From contig OZ244937.1 of NCBI GenBank assembly GCA_965222075.1, positions 672,001-736,000 on the forward strand: a stretch of 64,000 bases of DNA. The letters are read 5' to 3'. The notes beneath the pieces are model-generated. The model saw only the letters and a program-made list of their open reading frames with translations, was not told where the DNA came from and made no database searches. Source of the DNA: Candidatus Latescibacterota bacterium. GTDB lineage: Bacteria; Latescibacterota; UBA2968; GCA-2709665. Positions 40,057-50,095 of this stretch are shown here, piece after piece (the stretch's first letter is position 1; each line of letters begins with the position of its first letter). Both the position numbers and the translations under genes were made by a program.

Positions 40057-41250
40057 ATGTTCAAGACGCTTAAGCCGGCGCCTCCGGATCCGATTCTGGG
40101 GTTGACCGCCGTGTTTAACGAGGATCCGAATCCGAAAAAGATCAACCTGGGCGTTGGGGTCTATAAAGACGCCGATGGAAAGACGCCGATCTTTCGGTCG
40201 GTCGCCCGGGCGGAGGAGCGCCTGTTGAAAGAGGAAGAGACCAAGGATTATCTGCCGATCTCCGGGGGACCGGCTTATGCGGCGGCGGTTCAGGAACTGC
40301 TGTTTGAGGCAGACCACGAGGTGGTGACGGGCAAGCGGGCGGCAACGGTGCATACGCCCGGGGGGACCGGAGGGCTGCGCGTGGCTGGAGACTTTGTCCA
40401 CAAGCTGTTTCCTGAGGCGAAGATCTGGGTGAGCGATCCGACCTGGGCGAACCATCCCAATGTGTTTCGCCATGCGGGGCTGGCGGTGGAGACGTATCCC
40501 TATTTTGATGCGGCGACCAACGGGCTGGCGTTCGACGCGATGCTGGAGGCGCTCAAGAAGATTCCAAAGGGCGATGTGGTGCTGCTTCACGGGTGCTGCC
40601 ACAATCCCACGGGGGTCGATCCGACGTCGGTGCAGTGGGCGCAGATCGCCGATGTGGTCGAAGCGTGCGGGTGGATGCCCCTGGTGGATTTTGCCTATCA
40701 AGGCCTGGGGAACGGGATTCGTGAGGACTGCGAAGGATTGATGGCGCTGTGCGGGCCGGAGAGCGAACTGTTTGTGTCCAGTTCTTTTTCCAAGAATTTC
40801 GGGCTGTACAACGAACGTGTAGGGGCGCTGACGGTGGTCACGCCTTCGGAAGAGGCGGCAAAGGTGGTGTTGAGTCAGGCGATGGTCTGCATCCGCGCCA
40901 ACTACTCGAACCCTCCCGCGCACGGGGCTGCGATTGTGACGACGGTGCTGAACGATCCGGACCTGCGCGCCGACTGGGAGGCCGAGGCGGGGGAGATGCG
41001 CGACCGGATCAACGGGATGCGGATGCTGTTTGTGGATACGCTGGAGCGGAAAGGGGTGAGGCGAGATTTCTCGTTTATCACCCGGCAGCGGGGGATGTTT
41101 TCCTTCTCGGGTCTGAACAAAGCGCAGGTGGAGGCGCTTCGGGAGAAGTACGGGATCTACATTGTGGGGTCGGGGCGCATCAACGTTGCGGGCATGACGG
41201 AGGCGAATATGGATGCACTGTGCGAGGCGATTGCAGAGGCTGGTGGTTAA
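40057..41250 (+). CDS. aspC: Aspartate/aromatic amino acid aminotransferase (AspC/TyrB family)
   Basis: PPDPILGL, KINLGVGVY, HGCCHNPTGVD, DFAYQG, SFSKNFGLYNERVG. Confidence 0.93.
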   Translation: MFKTLKPAPPDPILGLTAVFNEDPNPKKINLGVGVYKDADGKTPIFRSVARAEERLLKEEETKDYLPISGGPAYAAAVQELLFEADHEVVTGKRAATVHTPGGTGGLRVAGDFVHKLFPEAKIWVSDPTWANHPNVFRHAGLAVETYPYFDAATNGLAFDAMLEALKKIPKGDVVLLHGCCHNPTGVDPTSVQWAQIADVVEACGWMPLVDFAYQGLGNGIREDCEGLMALCGPESELFVSSSFSKNFGLYNERVGALTVVTPSEEAAKVVLSQAMVCIRANYSNPPAHGAAIVTTVLNDPDLRADWEAEAGEMRDRINGMRMLFVDTLERKGVRRDFSFITRQRGMFSFSGLNKAQVEALREKYGIYIVGSGRINVAGMTEANMDALCEAIAEAGG

Positions 41251-41280
41251 GGAGAATTTAGAGGAGGAGGGCATGGTTTG

Positions 41281-42054
41281 ATGGTATTAAAGGATCGTGT
41301 GACGATTGTGACTGGCGGAAGCTCGGGAATTGGACGGGGTGTTGCCCTGGCGTTTGCACGGGAGGGAGCGTGGGTGGTCGTGGCGGATGTGCAGGAGGCC
41401 CCCAGGCGGGGCAAATACCATGAGAGGGATGTGACGACGCCTACGGTGGAGGAGGTGGAGAAGCTGGGCAGCGAGGGAATTTTTCTCAAGACCGACGTGG
41501 CGGATGAGGCGGCTGTCCGACGTATGGTTGAACGGACGGCCGAACGGTTTGGGGGGATCGATATCCTGGTCAACAATGCCGGGATTCACATTCCGGGGAA
41601 CACCCAGGAGTTGTCGGTGTCCGACTGGGACCGGGTGGCGGGGATCAATCTGAGGGGGATTTTTCTGGGGATGAAGTTTGCCATTCCCTATCTGAAAAAG
41701 TCCCAGGCCGGCAGGATTATCAATATCGCTTCGGTGCATGCTTTTGGAGGCGGCGGCGGCCCGGTCTACGCGCCGACCAAGGCGGGGGTGGTCAACCTGA
41801 CCCGGGATGTGGCCATTGAGGTGGGCGCAAACGGGGTTACGGTAAATGCGATCTGCCCGGGCTATATCGAGACGGCGGCTCAGGATTATCTGACAAAGGA
41901 GCAGATCGAGGCCGCCCGGGAAAGGACGCCCCTGCCCAGGTTCGGGCTGCCCCGGGATATCGGGCGGGCGGCGGTGTTCCTGGCATCAGACGATGCGGAG
42001 TGGATTACGGGCGTGGCGCTGCCGGTAGACGGGGGGTTGCTGGCGCCGGTTTGA
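41281..42054 (+). CDS. SDR family oxidoreductase
   Basis: TGGSSGIG, NNAG, YAPTK, VNAICPG, VDGG. Confidence 0.95.
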   Translation: MVLKDRVTIVTGGSSGIGRGVALAFAREGAWVVVADVQEAPRRGKYHERDVTTPTVEEVEKLGSEGIFLKTDVADEAAVRRMVERTAERFGGIDILVNNAGIHIPGNTQELSVSDWDRVAGINLRGIFLGMKFAIPYLKKSQAGRIINIASVHAFGGGGGPVYAPTKAGVVNLTRDVAIEVGANGVTVNAICPGYIETAAQDYLTKEQIEAARERTPLPRFGLPRDIGRAAVFLASDDAEWITGVALPVDGGLLAPV

Positions 42055-42099
42055 GTCGTGGGTGGTGAGGCGGCTGTGGGGCTTGTACTTCGCCTGTGA

Positions 42100-43947
42100 T
42101 CAGGTGGATGTTTCAAGCGCTGCTTGCGCTGTAGAGAGCATGCCGTTTAAGATCTGCCGGGCAAGGCGGTCGACGGCAGCCTTTGTCTGCTCCAGGTCTT
42201 TCGACGCCAGGTGGGGATGGTCTGCGGAGGCGGCCGAGACGTAGTACTTGATCTTGGGTTCGGTGCCCGAAGGACGGGCGGTGACCCGGGTGTAGCCCGC
42301 CCGGGTGAAGGTGAAGGCGATGACGTTGCCTTTGGCGCCCTCCACCCTCCGGGTAGCGCCGGTGTGCAGGGTGTGGGCCTGTCCGGTTTGCCGGTCGATG
42401 ATTTCGACAATCGGATGACCGCCGATTTCCGCTGGGGGACAGGTGCGCAACCCCTCCATGATGCGGGCGATTTCCCGGCTGCCCTCCGCGCCCTCCCGCA
42501 CGGCGGATTTCTGGATCTCCCGGAAGTAGCCGTACTCGCGGTAGATGTCGTCCAGGTAATCCCGGAGGGTGCGTCCCCGGGCCTTGAGCCGGGCCGCGCA
42601 TGCAGAGAGGAGGACTGCGGCGGCGGCGGCGTCTTTGTCCCGGACAAACGAGCCGGCCAGGTAGCCGTGGCTCTCTTCGGCGCCGAAGATGAACTCGGCG
42701 TTGGAGGCATGTTTTTCGATGACTTCACCGATGTACTTGAAACCGACCAGGAGATTGTCTACGACTTCGACGCCGAAGGCGCGGGCGATGAGGCCGGTGA
42801 GGTCGGTGGTGACGATGGTTTTTGCGACCAGCCCCCTGGGCGGAAGGTCGTCCCGGTCCCTTTTCTGCTGGAGCATGTAGTGGCAGAGGAGGGCGCCGAT
42901 CTGGTTGCCGTTTAAGGCCAGGCTTTCGGGCGGGGCGTCCCAGCCCTTTTCCGGATGGGGCAGGGCGCAGCCGAGGCGGTCGGCGTCGGGGTCGCTGGCA
43001 ATGACGATGTCGGCGTCGATTTCCGCGGCCTTTCGGATGGCGAGGGTGAAGACCCGGGGGTCTTCCGGGTTGGCGATGCCCCCCCGGACGGTGGGGAAGT
43101 CCCCGTCGGGAACGGCCTGCGCTTCAATCAGGTGGAGGTCCCGGTAGCCGAGTTTTTTCAGGGCAGGGACAACAGAAGTGGCGCCCACGCCGTGAAGGGG
43201 CGTGTAGAGGATGCGGACGTCCCGCTCCCCGGAGAGGGTGAGGCCGGCGAGTTTGTTGTGGTAGGGTATATCGATTTCGGCGTCTACGATCCGGATCAAT
43301 CCCGCTTTGACTGCTGCGTCGAAATCGCACGTTTTGATGGTTGTGACGGCCTGGACCTGGTCCATAATGTTTCGGTCGTGGGGGGGTACGACCTGGCCCC
43401 CGTCCGACCAGTAGGCCTTGAATCCGTTGTCGGAGGGCGGGTTGTGGCTGGCGCTGATGACCACGCCGGCCACGGCGCCGGTTTCGCGCACGGCAAAGGA
43501 GAGTTCCGGTGTGGCGCGGAAGCCGTTGAAGAGGTGGGCAAAAACGCCGTTGCCCGCCAGGATGGCGGCGGTTTGCCGGGCAAAGCGGTTGGAGTTGTGC
43601 CGGGTGTCGTGGGCGATCACAGCGCCCCGGCCGGCGCCAGTGGGCCCTGCGGCCTTCAAAATGTACTGGGCCAGGCCCTGGGCAGCTTCTCCGACGGTGC
43701 GGAGGTTGATCCGGTTGGGGCCGGGGCCCATTTTGCCGCGGATGCCGCCCGTGCCAAACTCGATCTGTTTTCGGAAGGCATCCTCGAGTTCAATCAGGTG
43801 CTCATCTTCGATCAAGTCGAGGATTTCCGCCCTGAAATCGGCATAGGCCGGTTGCACCAGCCAGTGCACCACCCGGGCTGCCGCCTCCTCAGAGAGCTTG
43901 CCTTCCTTTATCCAGACCTCAACCTGCTTTATCCCCGCCTGTGACAC
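42100..43947 (-). CDS. Phosphoglucomutase/phosphomannomutase family protein
   Basis: FGTGGIRG, SASHNP, DPDADR, GAEESHG, RPSGTEPKIK; start at GTG after AGGAG is inferred. Confidence 0.93.
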   Translation of the reverse strand: MSQAGIKQVEVWIKEGKLSEEAAARVVHWLVQPAYADFRAEILDLIEDEHLIELEDAFRKQIEFGTGGIRGKMGPGPNRINLRTVGEAAQGLAQYILKAAGPTGAGRGAVIAHDTRHNSNRFARQTAAILAGNGVFAHLFNGFRATPELSFAVRETGAVAGVVISASHNPPSDNGFKAYWSDGGQVVPPHDRNIMDQVQAVTTIKTCDFDAAVKAGLIRIVDAEIDIPYHNKLAGLTLSGERDVRILYTPLHGVGATSVVPALKKLGYRDLHLIEAQAVPDGDFPTVRGGIANPEDPRVFTLAIRKAAEIDADIVIASDPDADRLGCALPHPEKGWDAPPESLALNGNQIGALLCHYMLQQKRDRDDLPPRGLVAKTIVTTDLTGLIARAFGVEVVDNLLVGFKYIGEVIEKHASNAEFIFGAEESHGYLAGSFVRDKDAAAAAVLLSACAARLKARGRTLRDYLDDIYREYGYFREIQKSAVREGAEGSREIARIMEGLRTCPPAEIGGHPIVEIIDRQTGQAHTLHTGATRRVEGAKGNVIAFTFTRAGYTRVTARPSGTEPKIKYYVSAASADHPHLASKDLEQTKAAVDRLARQILNGMLSTAQAALETST

Positions 43948-44120
43948 GGTTGCGTTTCTCCTATAAGGCGACGGACCACAGAGGGTGGAAAGGCCCTGTT
44001 TCTGTCCGTTGTCCAGTGTGGTCCTGAAGAAATTGTAAATCAAAGTCTTGTGGATGTCAAGGCGCTGTCAGGTCTAAGGGTTAGAAACCGCTTGACTTTC
44101 TTCAGGTTTTTTCCGTATCC

Positions 44121-44843
44121 TTGGCTGAAGGAGCCGGTCGTGTGATTGTGATTTATTCTCTTTTTTTTATTTTGTTCCTTTTCTTGTTTCTCCCTATCCG
44201 CATTGGCGTTTTGGGACGCTATGAAGAGGAAGGCGGCGTGTTGTGTGGTTGGGTGAGGCCGTGGAGCGGCCTGTGGGGGGTGCGGGTGATCTACAAAGGG
44301 GGAAGGGTGCATATCGGTCCGATGTTGTGGGCCTGGGCGCCGTGGCGTATTCTACTGCGCCCCCGGGAAAAAGAGGTTGTCGGGACAGAGGTCGCGGATG
44401 CAGAGGGGGCGGCGGAAAGACGCCGTCCATCCATCCGTGAGCGGCTGGCAGAGGGGCTGGACCGGGCGGAGCGGGTGTGGTCCTATTTCGGCCCGCTCAG
44501 GGCGCCGGTGTGGCGCTTTTTAAAGCGGTTGCTCCGGGGATTCCGGTTTCGGCGATTTGTATGCCGGCTGGTTTTCGGGGCACCGGATCCGGCGACAACG
44601 GGGCAGATTTTTGGATATGCCCAGGCGATTTCAAATGTGATGAGCCCCAGGGCGCAGGTGAACGTCCTGCCCGATTTTGAGCAGAAGCGGCTGGAAGGCG
44701 AAGTGGAAGTGGAGGTGTCGGTTACCCTCTACCGATTGCTCTGGGCGGTGTTCTGCCTGGTTCTGCGGGTTGCCGGGGCCTGGGTCGCAGATGCCTGGAA
44801 CAGATGGCGGCGACCGGCCGTAGATGTGAGTGCAACACAGTGA
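44121..44843 (+). CDS. DUF2953 (YtfI-like) membrane-anchored protein
   Basis: N-terminal TM ending PIRI, G.PDPATTG motif, PDF; upstream of a ytfJ-like gene; start uncertain. Confidence 0.75.
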   Translation: MAEGAGRVIVIYSLFFILFLFLFLPIRIGVLGRYEEEGGVLCGWVRPWSGLWGVRVIYKGGRVHIGPMLWAWAPWRILLRPREKEVVGTEVADAEGAAERRRPSIRERLAEGLDRAERVWSYFGPLRAPVWRFLKRLLRGFRFRRFVCRLVFGAPDPATTGQIFGYAQAISNVMSPRAQVNVLPDFEQKRLEGEVEVEVSVTLYRLLWAVFCLVLRVAGAWVADAWNRWRRPAVDVSATQ

Positions 44844-44866
44844 GCTTCAGGATGTGAGGAGGCGCG

Positions 44867-45268
44867 ATGTCTGTCGAAAATTTGATCAAAACGCTGTTGC
44901 AGGAATTCCGGGAAATCGTCAAGACGGAGACGGTGGTGGGGGAGCCCGTGGTGGTTGGAGAGACCGTGATTGTGCCGGTTTCGAAGATTTCGTTCGGATT
45001 CGGCGCGGGCGGCGGAAAGGGGGATAAGTCCGAAGGGGGAAAGGGTACGGGGGGAGGCGCGTCGGTCGAACCGGTGGCTTTTATCGTGATTCGGGAGGGG
45101 AAGGCGCAGCTGCTTCCGCTGAAAGAAAAGGAGATGTCGGTCAAGAAGCTGCTGGAATTTGCCCCCGATGTGATCAAGAAGGTGAAGGCGTTCCGGGAGA
45201 AACGGGAAAAGAAGAAGGCCCGGGAGGCCGATGAGGATTCGGGAACGGACCAGGGCGATGTGGCGTGA
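44867..45268 (+). CDS. GerW/YtfJ family protein
   Basis: TVVGEP...IVPVSKISFGFGAGGG...GGGASVEPVAFIV. Confidence 0.92.
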   Translation: MSVENLIKTLLQEFREIVKTETVVGEPVVVGETVIVPVSKISFGFGAGGGKGDKSEGGKGTGGGASVEPVAFIVIREGKAQLLPLKEKEMSVKKLLEFAPDVIKKVKAFREKREKKKAREADEDSGTDQGDVA

Positions 45269-45280
45269 GGACCAGACCGT

Positions 45281-46516
45281 ATGGGACGCCTGCTTCTTTT
45301 GCTTCCCACCCAGACGTACCGCGCCCACGATTTTATGGAGGCGGCAGGGGCGCTGGATGTGGACGTGGCCGTCGGGTCGGACCGCCGTCAGGCGCTGGCC
45401 GACCTGACGCCGGGGAAGACGCTGGCGCTCGATTTTCTGACGCCGGATGCGGCGGTGCGCGATATCTTAGCCTTTGCTGAGACGTATCCGCTGGATGCGA
45501 TTCTGGGGGTGGACGACGATTCGGTCCTCCTGGCCGCGATGGCAAGCGAAGCGCTGGGGCTGCCCCACAATTCTACAGCGTCCGTCCGGGCGTCCCGGTA
45601 TAAACATGTGATGCGCCAGATGCTGGCAGATACAGGCCTGCCCTCGCCGGGGTTCAGGCTTTTTTCAATTCAGGACGATCCGGCAGCGGCCGCCCGCTCG
45701 GTCCGATTTCCCTGCGTTCTGAAGCCGGTTTCCCTGTCGGCAAGCCGGGGGGTGATCCGCGCGGACAGCCCCGAGGCGTTTACAGGGGCGTTCAGACGGA
45801 TTGTGGCTCTTCTGTCTCAGCCCGGGGTGGCCGCTGTGGCAGGAGAAGCTGCCGACCAGCTCCTGGTAGAGGACTATATCCCGGGGGAAGAGGTGGTGTT
45901 GGAGGGGCTGCTGGTGGGAGGGGCGTTGACGGTTTTGGCACTGTTCGACAAACCAGACCCCCTCGAAGGCCCCTATTTTGAAGAGACGCTCTACGTGACG
46001 CCGTCCCGTCTGCCGGCAGATCGGCAGGCGGCGATTCGGAACACGACCGTGGAGGCTGCCAGGACTCTGGGATTACGGGAAGGGCCTGTTCACGCGGAAC
46101 TCCGGTTTAACGATGCCGGGGTGTGGATCGTAGAGGTTGCGGCCCGGTCAATCGGGGGGCTCTGTTCGCGGATCTTGCGTTTCGGGGCCGGGATTTCGCT
46201 GGAGGAGCTGATCCTGCGTCAGGCCGTTGGGCTGGACCTGGGGCCGATGCAGCGGGTGGGAAGGGCAGCGGGGGTGATGATGCTGCCCGTGCCGAAGAAG
46301 GGGATGCTGCGGTCGGTGTGCGGGGCAGATGTGGCGAAGAGGGTTGCAGGCATCCAGGATGTGGTGATTACGATTCCGCTGGACCAGGAGGTTGAACCGC
46401 TGCCGGAGGGGTCGCGCTACCTGGGGTTTATCTTTGCGCATGCGGACCGGCCAGAGGAGGTGGAGGCGGCGCTGCGGGAGGCGTACCGGCGGCTGGCTGT
46501 GGTGATCGAGGCCTGA
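45281..46516 (+). CDS. ATP-grasp domain protein (amino acid ligase-like)
   Basis: FPCVLKP, SASRGV, VEDYIPGEE, HAELR, EVAAR. Confidence 0.9.
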   Translation: MGRLLLLLPTQTYRAHDFMEAAGALDVDVAVGSDRRQALADLTPGKTLALDFLTPDAAVRDILAFAETYPLDAILGVDDDSVLLAAMASEALGLPHNSTASVRASRYKHVMRQMLADTGLPSPGFRLFSIQDDPAAAARSVRFPCVLKPVSLSASRGVIRADSPEAFTGAFRRIVALLSQPGVAAVAGEAADQLLVEDYIPGEEVVLEGLLVGGALTVLALFDKPDPLEGPYFEETLYVTPSRLPADRQAAIRNTTVEAARTLGLREGPVHAELRFNDAGVWIVEVAARSIGGLCSRILRFGAGISLEELILRQAVGLDLGPMQRVGRAAGVMMLPVPKKGMLRSVCGADVAKRVAGIQDVVITIPLDQEVEPLPEGSRYLGFIFAHADRPEEVEAALREAYRRLAVVIEA

Positions 46517-46527
46517 TCCTGCGGCAG

Positions 46528-47964
46528 TCAGACAAGAGCGAACTGCTCTTCGGTCGGTTCTGCTCAGCAGTACCAGGGTTCGGTGAGGTAGGGGACGGTG
46601 GCCGGCGAGGCTACGGTGGCGGGGTCAAACGGGGGAAATGGACGGTCCAGGGCGGCATTGGCGTGCGCCCAGATCTCGCCGAAGATCTCCCGGCGGCGGG
46701 TATTTTTTGCCTGACCGTGTGTGACGATCCGGGTAATGTCCCGGTGGAGCCTGTCCACCCGGGGGTCGGGGTGGTCCCACCGATAGCTGAGATATTCCGG
46801 GTCGAAGGGGCCAAGCAGGGTTCGGACTTCGGGAAGTTCGAGGAGGCGGGAGCCTTCCGGAATCAAGAGCCGGATGGCAAGCTGGACCGGGGCGACGTGC
46901 TCGATGAGGTCCAGGTCGTGCAGGAGCGCCAAGAGATCGGCGTAGCCTTCAAGCGTGGTCCGGGGGGTGAAGGGGATGAAGGTCGGGTTCAAACTGAGGT
47001 CGTGTTCCCGGAAGAGGCGGGCGAGTCGGATGAAATCCTCTCGCGTATGGCCCTTGTCCAGGAGGGCAAGCATGTCATTGTCGATGGACTCCACGGCGGT
47101 GGTGACGATCGCGCACCCGGTCTCCCGCAGGGTGGGGAGGTGGCCCGCGTGTTTGAGGAGGTGCTCGACCTTGACCGTGACGTCGTAGGTAAGGTCGGGG
47201 AATTCCCGGTGGAGTTCCAGAACGAGGGGAACCGCGTGGCCGATGCCGTTGAAGAAGTCGGGGTCGCCAAAGGTGATGTGTTCTGCGCCGGCCGCCACCT
47301 GCCGGCGGATGTCTTCTAAGACGATGTCCTGCTGGACGATCCGGAATTTGCCCCGGTAGACGGGCACCACGGGGCAGTGGCGGCAGAGGTGTTTGCACCC
47401 CCGGCTGGCTTCGGTATAACCGACGGTTTTCGGCGAGCCGTTTCCGATCCGGAGTTGGGCGTAGCCAGAGAGGGGAGGGAGGTTGCGCCGGTCGGGGACC
47501 AGGAAGCGCTGGCGGTCCAGGGAGATGAGGGGCTCGATTTGGGGAAGGTCCACCGCACCGGACGCCTGAAGCCGGTTGCAGAGGCTGACCAGGCCCGCTT
47601 CAAATTCGCCGCCCAGGATGGTGTGGGCGCCTATGCTGCGCAGGTAGGCCTCGTTCATGGGGGCGTAGAGGCCGTAGAAGCAGATATGGGCGTCGGGATT
47701 TTGCGCTTTTACCCGGATCGCGAGGGGGACGGCCAGGCGGGTTGCGGTGTGCATGGGGACGTAGAAGGCCACCAGGTCTGCCAGGCGGACCGCCTCTTCG
47801 GGCAGGTCACCGACCGACAGATCCGCGGTGACGACCTCTATCCCACCGCGCCTCAGCCAGGCCGCAGGTGAGGCCAGGCCAAAAGGCTGACGGCCCAGTT
47901 CATAGGTCGAGATCAGGATGGCTTTGAGAACTGGGCCGTTGGTATTTTGAGACCCGGTTTGCAC
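46528..47964 (-). CDS. CUAEP-tail radical SAM selenoprotein (ArsL-like); UGA at 46564-46566 read as Sec
   Basis: B12-binding-like N-terminus, CKHLCRHC; 3' end reads EPWYC-TGA-AEPTEEQFALV-TGA with a hairpin after the first UGA. Confidence 0.88.
46531..46555 (-). promoter_or_regulatory. Candidate bacterial SECIS hairpin
   Basis: mRNA GAC-CG-AAGAGC-AGUUC-GCUCUU-GUC begins 8 nt after the in-frame UGA. Confidence 0.65.
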
Positions 47965-47966
47965 GG

Positions 47967-48548
47967 TTATTTTGACGGCTGATAGTAGGGGTTTTCTCCC
48001 CCTGCATGGTCGGTGGCGTCGAGGATCTCCCGAATTTCCGGAACGGACTCTTTGATCAAGACCTCAACGCCCTGCTTCAGGGTGACGTCGACCATGCCGC
48101 ACCCCTGACACCCTCCGCCGAACTGGACGTAGGCGACGTTGTCCTTTACGTCGATGAGGGAGACGTGGCCGCCGTGGGAGGCCACGCTGGGGTTGATCTT
48201 CTCGTCGATGATCTGCTGGACTTTTTCGGCGACCGTGCCCTTCAAATGGGGCGGGATTTTGTTGGGGTTGTCTATTTTGAACCCCCTGCCCATCAGGCTG
48301 TCCACAAAATCGAGGACGATGTCCTGGGCATAGGGTGCGCTCTTAGAATCGATGTAGATGTTGAATCCCTCGAAGGGAATGACTTCATCGCCGTCTTCTT
48401 CCTGATCTTCGGCCACGAAGGATAAGCGGAAATTGGCCTGCAGGGGCGAGACGGCCTCTGCTTTTACCCGCACGCCTTTGATCGGCGTTTTCTGGGCTTC
48501 CATCATGTCGACGATTTCCTTCTGTGCGACTTCCGTGACGGTTACCAT
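47967..48548 (-). CDS. nfuA: NfuA-like Fe-S carrier
   Basis: Degenerate A-type N-domain (GFKIDNPN) plus INPSVASHGG...GGCQGC...TDH. Confidence 0.9.
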   Translation of the reverse strand: MVTVTEVAQKEIVDMMEAQKTPIKGVRVKAEAVSPLQANFRLSFVAEDQEEDGDEVIPFEGFNIYIDSKSAPYAQDIVLDFVDSLMGRGFKIDNPNKIPPHLKGTVAEKVQQIIDEKINPSVASHGGHVSLIDVKDNVAYVQFGGGCQGCGMVDVTLKQGVEVLIKESVPEIREILDATDHAGGENPYYQPSK

Positions 48549-48596
48549 TGTTGCCGTCTCCTCCAGGAGCGTAAACCCCTGTTCTGTGTGTGATGA

Positions 48597-49076
48597 TTAT
48601 TGTCTTACCTGGAGCAGTTCGTCCGTCATGCCCTTGAAACAGGCGCTGAGCCTCTGCTCTTCACCCAGCAGGTCTTTCAGCGTGATTTTGCCCAGTATCT
48701 GGTCTACGACAAATTGCACGGTGCTCCAGAGCGACCGGATGGAGCAGTCCACCGAGTGGGTGCAAAGTTCTTCCTGGCCAGCGTGCTCTTCACAGAAATT
48801 CGGGCCGAAGAGGCGCCCGCCCAACACCGCGAGCACTTCACCGACAACAATCTGATCGGCCGGTTGGGAGAGCCTGTATCCACCGGACTGGCCGCGGGCG
48901 CTTTCGACGAATTCCCCCAGGCGCAAAATGCGCATGAGCTTTGCGACATTGGGGGTCGAAAGCCCTTCGGCCCGGCCGATTTCAGAAATCGTCAGGCCAC
49001 CTCCCGTCTGTTCCTCCTGGCGTCCGATCTGGAGGAGGCAACGGAGTCCATATTCTTCCTGGGCGCTTAGCTTCAT
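48597..49076 (-). CDS. Rrf2 family transcriptional regulator
   Basis: EEYGLRCL, VESARGQSGGYRL, three Cys (FC...C...C). Confidence 0.92.
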   Translation of the reverse strand: MKLSAQEEYGLRCLLQIGRQEEQTGGGLTISEIGRAEGLSTPNVAKLMRILRLGEFVESARGQSGGYRLSQPADQIVVGEVLAVLGGRLFGPNFCEEHAGQEELCTHSVDCSIRSLWSTVQFVVDQILGKITLKDLLGEEQRLSACFKGMTDELLQVRQ

Positions 49077-49078
49077 AA

Positions 49079-49612
49079 TTACAACATCCCCAGTTCAAGC
49101 TTGGCCGCTTCGGACATCATCTCGGGGTTCCAGGGGGGGTCGAAGACCAGATCGAGGGTGACGTCTCTCACCCCCGAAACGCTGCGCGTCTTGCTTTCCA
49201 CTTCGGCCGGGAGGATGGCGGCCGCGGGGCAGTTGGGGGAGGTGAGGGTCATTTTCACATAAGCCATGCCCGATTCTTCCACCTTGACCTCGTAGATCAG
49301 GCCCAGTTCGTAGATGTTGACCGGAATTTCCGGGTCGTGGACCGTGCGGAGGACTTCGGCGATCTTTTCCTGGATCTCACTGGGGACGACAGGGGCCTGA
49401 TCGCCGGCTGCTGCTGCCTCGGACACCCTTTTTTTCGCTTCTTCCTTTTGTTCGGCGTAGGATGCGAGAGCGTCGGTTTTGACCGGAGGGACCTCCTCCT
49501 GGGCCTTTGTCTTTTCGCCGGAAGGCCCTGAGTCTGGGGGCACAGGCGGCTGTTCGGGTTGCGCTTTCTGACCAAATATGCGATTCAGCGCGCGTTGATA
49601 TAGACGGGGCAA
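49079..49612 (-). CDS. sufT: DUF59/SufT Fe-S assembly protein with N-terminal extension
   Basis: DPEIPVNIYELGLIY, MTLTSPNCP, PPW...MSEAAKLELG. Confidence 0.88.
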   Translation of the reverse strand: MPRLYQRALNRIFGQKAQPEQPPVPPDSGPSGEKTKAQEEVPPVKTDALASYAEQKEEAKKRVSEAAAAGDQAPVVPSEIQEKIAEVLRTVHDPEIPVNIYELGLIYEVKVEESGMAYVKMTLTSPNCPAAAILPAEVESKTRSVSGVRDVTLDLVFDPPWNPEMMSEAAKLELGML

Positions 49613-49642
49613 GGTCTGTCCTCCTGCTTTTTGAAAATCGGG

Positions 49643-50095
49643 CTATTCGGTCATGACGGGCCGGTCCACACCTCGAAGGGCGGCCTGGAGGGTATGCCAG
49701 GCTAAGGTTGCGCATTTGACCCGAATGGGGAACTCCCGCACACCGGCGAAGACGGCGAGTTTGCCAAGGCTGTCCGTATCCGGCGACGTGTCGAGGTCTG
49801 CGGTGACCAGATCGTGGAATTTCCCGAAGAGGGTTTCCGCTTCTTCCCTGGTCTTTCCTTTCAGGGCGGATGTCATCAGCGAAGCCGATGCCTTGGAGAT
49901 GGCGCAGCCGGACCCCTGAAAGGCGATGTCTTCGATGCGGTCGTCTTTCAGGTTGAGGTAGAGGGTGATGTGGTCCCCACAGAGCGGATTGTGGCCTGCC
50001 GATGCCCGGTTGGCCTCTTTCAGTTCCTTGAAGTTGCGGGGGCTTTTGTTGTGATCGAGAATGACCTGCTGATAGAGCTCCCGAAGGTCGGACAT
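49643..50095 (-). CDS. sufU: SUF system NifU-family sulfur transfer protein
   Basis: LYQQVILDH, GHNPLCGD, GCAISKAS, RVKCATLAW. Confidence 0.94.
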   Translation of the reverse strand: MSDLRELYQQVILDHNKSPRNFKELKEANRASAGHNPLCGDHITLYLNLKDDRIEDIAFQGSGCAISKASASLMTSALKGKTREEAETLFGKFHDLVTADLDTSPDTDSLGKLAVFAGVREFPIRVKCATLAWHTLQAALRGVDRPVMTE

